A stretch of DNA of 64,000 nt, taken from assembly GCF_964355755.1 (NCBI RefSeq), contig NC_092680.1, forward strand, positions 11,346,001 through 11,410,000, read 5' to 3'. Position 1 is the stretch's first letter. Each line of letters begins with the position of its first letter. Of this stretch, positions 1 to 10,851 are shown one piece after another. The notes under the pieces are model-generated. The model made no database searches and was not told the DNA's origin. It was given only the letters and a program-made list of their open reading frames with translations. This stretch comes from Antedon mediterranea (taxonomy: Eukaryota > Animalia > Echinodermata). Position numbers and translations under genes: made by a program.

Positions 1-71
1 ACGGTTTCTAATGTGATTTTAAGCACTTTGATGTTTTTGTGTAACCAAGTTTTTTCGAAAATCACAAAATA

Positions 72-159
72 GTCTAAAACGTCTCCAAATGCGATTTGAA
101 GCTTTTCTAAGCACTTTGGTGTTTTTATGTTAACAAGTTTTTTCGAAAAATACAAAATG
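72..159 (+). repeat. Representative full-length 88-bp monomer (type A)
   Basis: Consensus gtctaaaacgtctccaaatgcgatttgaagcttttctaagcactttggtgtttttatgttaacaagttttttcgaaaatcacaaaatg, counted as 88 bp (this copy carries aaaaatac instead of aaaatcac). Confidence 0.95.
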
Positions 160-421
160 GTCTAAAACGTCTCCAAATGCGATTTGAGGATATTCTGAGC
201 ACTTTGGTGTTTTTTTGTTAAAAAGTTTTTTCGAAAATCACAAAATGGTCTAAAACGTCTCCAAATGCGATTTGAAGCTATTCTGTACACTTTGATGTTT
301 TGTGTGAAAAAGTTTTGTTGAAATGCTCAAAATGGTCTAAAACGTTTTTAAATACGATATAAAGCTATTTTGTGATCTTTGATGTTTTTGTGTGAAAAGT
401 TTTATCGAAATGCTCAAAATG

Positions 422-499
422 GTCTAAAACGGTTTCTATTGTGATTTTAAGCACTTTGATGATTTTGTGTAACCAAGTTTCATCGAAATGTACAAAATG
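422..499 (+). repeat. Representative short 78-bp monomer (type E), with a 10-bp deletion relative to type A
   Basis: gtctaaaacggtttctattgtgattttaag^cactttgatg...; the 10-bp segment (cttttctaag in type A) between aag and cacttt is absent. Confidence 0.93.
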
Positions 500-2719
500 G
501 TCTAAAACGTCTCCAAATGCGATTTGAAGCTATTCTAAGTACTTTTGTGTTTTTATGTTAACAAGTTTTTTCGAAAATCACAAAATGGTCTAAAACGTCT
601 TCAAATGCGATTTGAAGCTATTCTGTACACTTTGATGTTTTGTGTGAAAAAGTTTTGGCAAAATGCTCAAAATGGTCTAAAACGTTTTTAAAACGATATT
701 AAGCTATTTTGTGCTCTTTGATGTTTTTGTGTAACCAAGTTTCATCGAAAATCACAACATGGTCTAAAACGTCTCCAAATGCGATTTGAAGCTTTTCTAA
801 GCACTTTGGTGTTTTTATGTTAACAAGTTTTTTCAAAAATCACAAAATGGTCTAAAACGTCTCCAAATGCGATTTGAAGCTCTTCTGCACACTTTGATGT
901 TTTGTTTGAAAAAGTTTTGTCGAAATTCTCAAAATGGTCTAAAACGTTTTTAAATTCGATATTAAGCTGTTTTGTGCACTTTGATGATTTGTGTGAAAAG
1001 TTTTAACGAAATGCTCAAAATGGTCAAAAACGGTTTCTAATGTGATTTTAAGCACTTTGATGTTTTTGTGTAACCAAGTTTTTTCGAAAATCACAAAATG
1101 GTCTAAAACGTCTCCAAATGCGATTTGAGGATATTCTGAGCACTTTGGTGTTTTTATGTTAAAAAGTTTTTTCGAAAATCACAAAATGGTCTAAAACGTC
1201 TCAAAATGCGATTTGAAGCTAATCTGTACACTTTGATGTTTTGTGTGAAAAAGTTTTGTCGAAATGCTCAAAATGGTCTAAAACGTTTTTAAAACGATAT
1301 TAAGCTATTTTGTGCTCTTTGATGTTTTTGTGTAACCAAGTTTCATCGAAATCAACAAAATGGTCTAATACGTCTCCAAATGCGATTTGAAGCTTTTCCA
1401 AGCACTTTGCTGTTTTTATGTTAACAAGTTTTTTCGAAAATCACAAAATGGTCTAAAACGTCTTCAAATGCGATTTGAAGCTATTCTGTAGACTTTGATG
1501 TTTTGTGTGAAAAAGTTTTGTCGAAATGCTCAAAATGGTCTAAAACGTTTTTAAATACGATATTAAGCTATTTTGTGATCTTTGATGTTTTTGTGTGAAA
1601 AGTTTTATCAAAATGCTCAAAATGGTCTGAAACGGTTTCTAATGCGATTTGAAGCTATTCTGTACACTTTGAAGTTTTGTCTGAAAAAGTTTTCTCGAAA
1701 TGCTCAAAATGGTCTAAAACGTTTTTATATACCATATTAAGCTATTTTGTGCACTTTGATGTTTTTTGTGAAAAGTTTTATCGAAATGCTCAAAATGGTC
1801 TAAAACGGTTTCTATTGGGATTTTAAGCACTTTGATGATTTTGTGTAACCAAGTTTCATCGAAATGTACAAAATGGTCTAAAACGTTTCCAAATGCGATT
1901 TGAAGCTATTCTAAGTACTTTTGTGTTTTTATGTTAACAAGTTTTTTCGAAAATCACAAAATGGTCTAAAACGTCTTTCAAATGCGATTTGAAGCTATTC
2001 TGTACACTTTTATGTTTTGTGTGAAAAAGTTTTGTCGAAATTCTCAAAATGGTCTAAAACGTTTTTAAATACGATATTAAGCTGTTTTGTGCACTTTGAT
2101 GATTTGTGTGAAAAGTTTTAACGAAATGCTCAAAATGGTCAAAAACGGTTTCTAATGTGATTTTAAGCACTTTGATGTTTTTGTGTAACCAAGTTTTTTC
2201 AAAAATCACAAAATGGTCTAAAACGTCTCCAAATGCGATTTGAAGCTTTTCTAAGCACTTTGGTGTTTTTATGTTAACAAGTTTTTTCGAAAATCACAAA
2301 ATGGTCTAAAACGTCTCCAAATGCGATTTGAAGATATTCTGAGCACTTTGGTGTTTTTATGTTAAAAAGTTTTTTCGAAAATCACAAAATAGTCTAAAAC
2401 GTCTCCAAATGCGATTTGAAGCTATTCTGTACACTTTGATGTTTTGTGTGAAAAAGTTTTGTCGAAATGCTCAAAATGGTCTAAAACGTTTTTAAAACGA
2501 TATTAAGCTATTTTGTGCTCTTTGATGTTTTTTTGTAACCAAGTTTCATCGAAAATCACAAAATGGTCTAAAACGTCTCAAAATGCGATTTGAAGCTTTT
2601 CTAAGCAATTTGGTGTTTTTATGTTAACAAGTTTTTTCGAAAATCACGAAATGGTCTAAAATGTCTCCAAATGCGATTTGAAGATATTCTGAGCACTTTG
2701 GTGTTTTTATGTTAAAAAG

Positions 2720-5700
2720 TTTTTTCGAAAATCACAAAATGGTCTAAAACGTCTTCAAATGCGATTTGAAGCTATTCTGTACACTTTGATGTTTTGTGTG
2801 AAAAAGTTTTGTCAAAATGCTCAAAATGGTCTAAAACGTTTTTAAAACGATATTAAGCTATTTTGTGCTCTTTGATGTTTTTGTGTAACCAAGTTTCATC
2901 GAAAATCACAACATGGTCTAAAACGTCTCCAAATGCGATTTGAAGCTTTTCTAAGCACTTTGGTGTTTTTATGTTAACAAGTTTTTTCGATAATCACAAA
3001 ATGGTCTAAAACGTCTCCAAATGCGATTTGAAGCTCTTCTGTACACTTTGATGTTTTGTTTGAAAAAGTTTTGTCGAAATTTTCAAAATGGTCTAAAACG
3101 TTTTTAAATACGATATTAAGCTGTTTTGTGCACTTTGATGATTTGTGTGAAAAGTTTTAACAAATGCTCAAAATGGTCTAAAACGGTTTCTAATGTGATT
3201 TTAAGCACTTTGATGTTTTTGTGTAACCAAGTTTTTTCGAAAATCACAAAATAGTCTAAAACGTCTCCAAATGCGATTTGAAGCTTTTCTAAGCACTTTG
3301 GTGTTTTTATGTTAACAAGTTGTTTCGAAAATCACAAAATGGTCTAAAACGTCTCCAAATGCGATTTGAGGATATTCTGAGCACTTTGGTGTTTTTTTGT
3401 TAAAAAGTTTTTTCGAAAATCACAAAATGGTCTAAAACGTCTCCAAATGCGATTTGAAGCTATTCTGTACACTTTGATGTTTTGTGTGAAAAAGTTTTGT
3501 CGAAATGCTCAAAATGGTCTAAAACGTTTTTAAATACGATATTAAGCTATTTTGTGATCTTTGATGTTTTTGTGTGAAAAGTTTTATCGAAATGCTCAAA
3601 ATGGTCTAAAACGTTTTTAAAACGATATTAAGCTATTTTGTGCTCTTTGATGTTTTTGTGTAACCAAGTTTCATCGAAAATCACAAAATGGTCTAAAACG
3701 TCGCCAAATGCGATTTGAAGATTTTCTAAGCACTTTGGTGTTTTTATGTTAACAAGTTTTTTCGAAAATCACGAAATGGTCTAAAATATCTCCAAATGCG
3801 ATTTGAAGATATTCTGAGCACTTTGGTGTTTTTATGTTAAAAAGTTTTTTCGAAAATCACAAAATGGTCTAAAACGTCTCCAAACGCGATTTGAAGCTCT
3901 TCTGTACACTTTGATGTTTTGTGTGAAAAAGTTTTGTCGAAATTCTCAAAATGGTCTAAAACGTTTTTAAATACGATATTAAGCTGTTTTGTGCACTCTG
4001 ATGATTTGTGTGAAAAGTTTTAACGAAATGCTCAAAATGGTCAAAAACGGTTTCTAATGTGATTTTAAGCACTTTGATGTTTTTGTGTAACCAAGTTTTT
4101 TCAAAAATCACAAAATGGTCTAAAACGTCTCCAAATGCGATTTGAAGCTTTTCTAAGCACTTTGGTGTTTTTATGTTAACAAGTTTTTTCGAAAATCACA
4201 AAATGGTCTAAAACGTCTCCAAATGCGATTTGAAGATATTCTGAGCACTTTGGTGTTTTTATGTTAAAAAGTTTTTTCGAAAATCACAAAATAGTCTAAA
4301 ACGTCTCCAAATGCGATTTGAAGCTATTCTGTACACTTTGATGTTTTGTGTGAAAAAGTTTTGTCGAAATGCTCAAAATGGTCTAAAACGTTTTTAAAAC
4401 GATATTAAGCTATTTTGTGCTCTTTGATGTTTTTTTGTAACCAAGTTTCATCGAAAATCACAAAATGGTCTAAAACGTCTCAAAATGCGATTTGAAGCTT
4501 TTCTAAGCACTTTGGTGTTTTTATGTTAACAAGTTTTTTCGAAAATCACAAAATGGTCTAAAACGTCTCCAAATGCGATTTGAGGATATTCTGAGCACTT
4601 TGGTGTTTTTTTGTTAAAAAGTTTTTTCGAAAATCACAAAATGGTCTAAAACGTCTCCAAATGCGATTTGAAGCTATTCTGTACACTTTGATGTTTTGTG
4701 TGAAAAAGTTTTGTCGAAATGCTCAAAATGGTCTAAAACATTTTTAAATACGATATTAAGCTATTTTGTGATCTTTGATGTTTTTGTGTGAAAAGTTTTA
4801 TCGAAATGCTCAAAATGGTCTAAAACGGTTTCTATTGTGATTTTAAGCACTTTGATGATTTTGTGTAACCAAGTTTCATCGAAATGTACAAAATGGTCTA
4901 AAACGTCTCCAAATGCGATTTGAAGCTATTCTAAGTACTTTTGTGTTTTTATGTTAACAAGTTTTTTCGAAAATCACAAAATGGTCTAAAACGTCTTCAA
5001 ATGCGATTTGAAGCTATTCTGTACACTTTGATGTTTTGTGTGAAAAAGTTTTGTCAAAATGCTCAAAATGGTCTAAAACGTTTTTAAAACGATATTAAGC
5101 TATTTTGTGCTCTTTGATGTTTTTGTGTAACCAAGTTTCATCGAAAATCACAACATGGTCTAAAACGTCTCCAAATGCGATTTGAAGCTTTTCTAAGCAC
5201 TTTGGTGTTTTTATGTTAACAAGTTTTTTCGATAATCACAAAATGGTCTAAAACGTCTCCAAATGCGATTTGAAGCTCTTCTGTACACTTTGATGTTTTG
5301 TTTGAAAAAGTTTTGTCGAAATTTTCAAAATGGTCTAAAACGTTTTTAAATACGATATTAAGCTGTTTTGTGCACTTTGATGATTTGTGTGAAAAGTTTT
5401 AACAAATGCTCAAAATGGTCTAAAACGGTTTCTAATGTGATTTTAAGCACTTTGATGTTTTTGTGTAACCAAGTTTTTTCGAAAATCACAAAATAGTCTA
5501 AAACGTCTCCAAATGCGATTTGAAGCTTTTCTAAGCACTTTGGTGTTTTTATGTTAACAAGTTGTTTCGAAAATCACAAAATGGTCTAAAACGTCTCCAA
5601 ATGCGATTTGAGGATATTCTGAGCACTTTGGTGTTTTTTTGTTAAAAAGTTTTTTCGAAAATCACAAAATGGTCTAAAACGTCTCCAAATGCGATTTGAA

Positions 5701-6791
5701 GCTATTCTGTACACTTTGATGTTTTGTGTGAAAAAGTTTTGTCGAAATGCTCAAAATGGTCTAAAACGTTTTTAAATACGATATTAAGCTATTTTGTGAT
5801 CTTTGATGTTTTTGTGTGAAAAGTTTTATCGAAATGCTCAAAATGGTCTAAAACGTTTTTAAAACGATATTAAGCTATTTTGTGCTCTTTGATGTTTTTG
5901 TGTAACCAAGTTTCATCGAAAATCACAAAATGGTCTAAAACGTCGCCAAATGCGATTTGAAGCTTTTCTAAGCACTTTGGTGTTTTTATGTTAACAAGTT
6001 TTTTCGAAAATCACGAAATGGTCTAAAATATCTCCAAATGCGATTTGAAGATATTCTGAGCACTTTGGTGTTTTTATGTTAAAAAGTTTTTTCGAAAATC
6101 ACAAAATGGTCTAAAACGTCTCCAAACGCGATTTGAAGCTCTTCTGTACACTTTGATGTTTTGTGTGAAAAAGTTTTGTCGAAATTCTCAAAATGGTCTA
6201 AAACGTTTTTAAATACGATATTAAGCTGTTTTGTGCACTCTGATGATTTGTGTGAAAAGTTTTAACGAAATGCTCAAAATGGTCAAAAACGGTTTCTAAT
6301 GTGATTTTAAGCACTTTGATGTTTTTGTGTAACCAAGTTTTTTCAAAAATCACAAAATGGTCTAAAACGTCTCCAAATGCGATTTGAAGCTTTTCTAAGC
6401 ACTTTGGTGTTTTTATGTTAACAAGTTTTTTCGAAAATCACAAAATGGTCTAAAACGTCTCCAAATGCGATTTGAAGATATTCTGAGCACTTTGGTGTTT
6501 TTATGTTAAAAAGTTTTTTCGAAAATCACAAAATAGTCTAAAACGTCTCCAAATGCGATTTGAAGCTATTCTGTACACTTTGATGTTTTGTGTGAAAAAG
6601 TTTTGTCGAAATGCTCAAAATGGTCTAAAACGTTTTTAAAACGATATTAAGCTATTTTGTGCTCTTTGATGTTTTTTTGTAACCAAGTTTCATCGAAAAT
6701 CACAAAATGGTCTAAAACGTCTCAAAATGCGATTTGAAGCTTTTCTAAGCACTTTGGTGTTTTTATGTTAACAAGTTTTTTCGAAAATCAC
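2720..6791 (+). repeat. 2242-bp-period duplication nested inside the 10.9-kb unit (repeated at ~13571-17642)
   Basis: Variants cgataatc at 2991/5233 and gcactctg at 3998/6240 both have offset 2242. The match ends at 4550/6792. Confidence 0.85.
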
Positions 6792-7153
6792 GAAATGGTC
6801 TAAAATGTCTCCAAATGCGATTTGAAGATATTCTGAGCACTTTGGTGTTTTTATCTTAACAAGTTTTTTCGAAAATCACGAAATGGTCTAAAATGTCTCC
6901 AAATGCGATTTGAAGATATTCTGAGCACTTTGGTGTTTTTATGTTGAAAAGTTTTTTCGAAAATCACAAAATGGTCTAAAACGTCTCCAAATGCGATTTG
7001 AAGCTCTTCTGTACACTTTGATGTTTTGTGTGAAAAAGTTTTGTCGAAATGCTCAAAATGGTCTAAAACGTTTTTAAATACGATATTAAGCTGTTTTGTG
7101 CACTTTGATGATTTGTGTGAAAAGTTTTAACGAAATGCTCAAAATGGTCTAAA

Positions 7154-9210
7154 ACGGTTTCTAATGTGATTTTAAGCACTTTGATGTTTTTGTGTAACCA
7201 AGTTTTTTCGAAAATCACAAAATAGTCTAAAACGTCTCCAAATGCGATTTGAAGCTTTTCTAAGCACTTTGGTGTTTTTATGTTAACAAGTTTTTTCGAA
7301 AATCACAAAATGGTCTAAAACGTCTCCAAATGCGATTTGAGGATATTCTGAGCACTTTGGTGTTTTTTTGTTAAAAAGTTTTTTCGAAAATCACAAAATG
7401 GTCTAAAACGTCTCCAAATGCGATTTGAAGCTATTCTGTACACTTTGATGTTTTGTGTGAAAAAGTTTTTTCGAAATGCTCAAAATGGTCTAAAACGTTT
7501 TTAAATACGATATAAAGCTATTTTGTGATCTTTGATGTTTTTGTGTGAAAAGTTTTATCGAAATGCTCAAAATGGTCTAAAACGGTTTCTATTGTGATTT
7601 TAAGCACTTTGATGATTTTGTGTAACCAAGTTTCATCGAAATGTACAAAATGGTCTAAAACGTCTCCAAATGCGATTTGAAGCTATTCTAAGTACTTTTG
7701 TGTTTTTATGTTAACAAGTTTTTTCGAAAATCACAAAATGGTCTAAAACGTCTTCAAATGCGATTTGAAGCTATTCTGTACACTTTGATGTTTTGTGTGA
7801 AAAAGTTTTGTCAAAATGCTCAAAATGGTCTAAAACGTTTTTAAAACGATATTAAGCTATTTTGTGCTCTTTGATGTTTTTGTGTAACCAAGTTTCATCG
7901 AAAATCACAACATGGTCTAAAACGTCTCCAAATGCGATTTGAAGCTTTTCTAAGCACTTTGGTGTTTTTATGTTAACAAGTTTTTTCGAAAATCACAAAA
8001 TGGTCTAAAACGTCTCCAAATGCGATTTGAAGCTCTTCAGTACACTTTGATGTTTTGTTTGAAAAAGTTTTGTCGAAATTCTCAAAATGGTCTAAAACGT
8101 TTTTAAATTCGATATTAAGCTGTTTTGTGCACTTTGATGATTTGTGTGAAAAGTTTTAACGAAATGCTCAAAATGGTCTAAAACGGTTTCTAATGTGATT
8201 TTAAGCCCTTTGATGTTTTTGTGTAACCAAGTTTTTTCGAAAATCACAAAATAGTCTAAAACGTCTCCAAATGCGATTTGAAGCTTTTCTAAGCACTTTG
8301 GTGTTTTTATGTTAACAAGTTTTTTCGAAAATCACAAAATGGTCTAAAACGTCTCCAAATGCGATTTGAGGATATTCTGAGCACTTTGGTGTTTTTTTGT
8401 TAAAAAGTTTTTTCGAAAATCACAAAATGGTCTAAAACGTCTCCAAATGCGATTTGAAGCTATTCTGTACACTTTGATGTTTTGTGTGAAAAAGTTTTGT
8501 CGAAATGCTCAAAATGGTCTAAAACATTTTTAAATACGATATTAAGCTATTTTGTGATCTTTGATGTTTTTGTGTGAAAAGTTTTATCGAAATGCTCAAA
8601 ATGGTCTAAAACGGTTTCTATTGTGATTTTAAGCACTTTGATGATTTTGTGTAACCAAGTTTCATCGAAATGTACAAAATGGTCTAAAACGTCTCCAAAT
8701 GCGATTTGAAGCTATTCTAAGTACTTTTGTGTTTTTATGTTAACAAGTTTTTCGAAAATCACAAAATGGTCTAAAACGTCTTCAAATGCGATTTGAAGCT
8801 ATTCTGTACACTTTGATGTTTTGTGTGAAAAAGTTTTGTCAAAATGCTCAAAATGGTCTAAAACGTTTTTAAAACGATATTAAGCTATTTTGTGCTCTTT
8901 GATGTTTTTGTGTAACCAAGTTTCATCGAAAATCACAACATGGTCTAAAACGTCTCCAAATGCGATTTGAAGCTTTTCTAAGCACTTTGGTGTTTTTATG
9001 TTAACAAGTTTTTTCGAAAATCACAAAATTGTCTAAAACGTCTCCAAATGCGATTTGAAGCTCTTCTGTACACTTTGATGTTTTGTTTGAAAAAGTTTTG
9101 TCGAAATTTTCAAAATGGTCTAAAACGTTTTTAAATACGATATTAAGCTGTTTTGTGCACTTTGATGATTTGTGTGAAAAGTTTTAACGAAATGCTCAAA
9201 ATGGTCTAAA
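7154..9210 (+). repeat. Two tandem 12-mer HORs (1029 and 1028 bp): E-A-B-C-D-E'-F-C-G-A-C'-H
   Basis: acggtttctaatgtg starts at 7154, 8183 and 9211. The monomer lengths sum to 1029, and a 1-bp deletion near 8750 gives 1028. The same 12-mer spans 1-1029. Confidence 0.88.
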
Positions 9211-10851
9211 ACGGTTTCTAATGTGATTTTAAGCACTTTGATGTTTTTGTGTAACCAAGTTTTTTCGAAAATCACAAAATAGTCTAAAACGTCTCCAAAT
9301 GCGATTTGAAGCTTTTCTAAGCACTTTGGTGTTTTTATGTTAACAAGTTGTTTCGAAAATCACAAAATGGTCTAAAACGTCTCCAAATGCGATTTGAGGA
9401 TATTCTGAGCACTTTGGTGTTTTTTTGTTAAAAAGTTTTTTCGAAAATCACAAAATGGTCTAAAACGTCTCCAAATGCGATTTGAAGCTATTCTGTACAC
9501 TTTGATGTTTTGTGTGAAAAAGTTTTGTCGAAATGCTCAAAATGGTCTAAAACGTTTTTAAATACGATATTAAGCTATTTTGTGATCTTTGATGTTTTTG
9601 TGTGAAAAGTTTTATCGAAATGCTCAAAATGGTCTAAAACGTTTTTAAAACGATATTAAGCTATTTTGTGCTCTTTGATGTTTTTGTGTAACCAAGTTTC
9701 ATCGAAAATCACAAAATGGTCTAAAACGTCGCCAAATGCGATTTGAAGCTTTTCTAAGCACTTTGGTGTTTTTATGTTAACAAGTTTTTTCGAAAATCAC
9801 GAAATGGTCTAAAATATCTCCAAATGCGATTTGAAGATATTCTGAGCACTTTGGTGTTTTTATGTTAAAAAGTTTTTTCGAAAATCACAAAATGGTCTAA
9901 AACGTCTCCAAACGCGATTTGAAGCTCTTCTGTACACTTTGATGTTTTGTGTGAAAAAGTTTTGTCGAAATTCTCAAAATGGTCTAAAACGTTTTTAAAT
10001 ACGATATTAAGCTGTTTTGTGCACTTTGATGATTTGTGTGAAAAGTTTTAACGAAATGCTCAAAATGGTCAAAAACGGTTTCTAATGTGATTTTAAGCAC
10101 TTTGATGTTTTTGTGTAACCAAGTTTTTTCAAAAATCACAAAATGGTCTAAAACGTCTCCAAATGCGATTTGAAGCTTTTCTAAGCACTTTGGTGTTTTT
10201 ATGTTAACAAGTTTTTTCGAAAATCACAAAATGGTCTAAAACGTCTCCAAATGCGATTTGAAGATATTCTGAGCACTTTGGTGTTTTTATGTTAAAAAGT
10301 TTTTTCGAAAATCACAAAATAGTCTAAAACGTCTCCAAATGCGATTTGAAGCTATTCTGTACACTTTGATGTTTTGTGTGAAAAAGTTTTGTCGAAATGC
10401 TCAAAATGGTCTAAAACGTTTTTAAAACGATATTAAGCTATTTTGTGCTCTTTGATGTTTTTTTGTAACCAAGTTTCATCGAAAATCACAAAATGGTCTA
10501 AAACGTCTCAAAATGCGATTTGAAGCTTTTCTAAGCACTTTGGTGTTTTTATGTTAACAAGTTTTTTCGAAAATCACGAAATGGTCTAAAATGTCTCCAA
10601 ATGCGATTTGAAGATATTCTGAGCACTTTGGTGTTTTTATGTTGAAAAGTTTTTTCGAAAATCACAAAATGGTCTAAAACGTCTCCAAATGCGATTTGAA
10701 GCTCTTCTGTACACTTTGATGTTTTGTGTGAAAAAGTTTTGTCGAAATGCTCAAAATGGTCTAAAACGTTTTTAAATACGATATTAAGCTGTTTTGTGCA
10801 CTTTGATGATTTGTGTGAAAAGTTTTAACGAAATGCTCAAAATGGTCTAAA
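9211..10851 (+). repeat. 10-mer HOR (864 bp) followed by 9-mer HOR (777 bp)
   Basis: E-monomer starts at 9211, 10075 and 10852. Monomer sums: E-A-B-C-D-G-A-B-C'-H = 864 and E-A-B-C-G-A-B-C'-H = 777. Confidence 0.85.

Larger units (their letters stand above)
72..499 (+). repeat. Basic pentamer A-B-C-D-E (88+88+87+87+78 = 428 bp), the building block of the higher-order repeats
   Basis: Diagnostic cores: A cttttctaagcac, B ggatattctgagc, C ctattctgtacac, D aatacgatat..attttgtgatc (variant H ctgttttgtgcac, 86 bp), E ggtttcta(a/t)tgtgattttaag. This order recurs throughout the window. Confidence 0.85.

Noticed and set aside
2636-2650. CENP-B-box-like TTCG....CG in the variant ttcgaaaatcacgaa
   Set aside because: Only 6 of the 9 essential positions of TTCGnnnnAnnCGGG match (A and the last GG are missing), and it occurs only in a minority variant.
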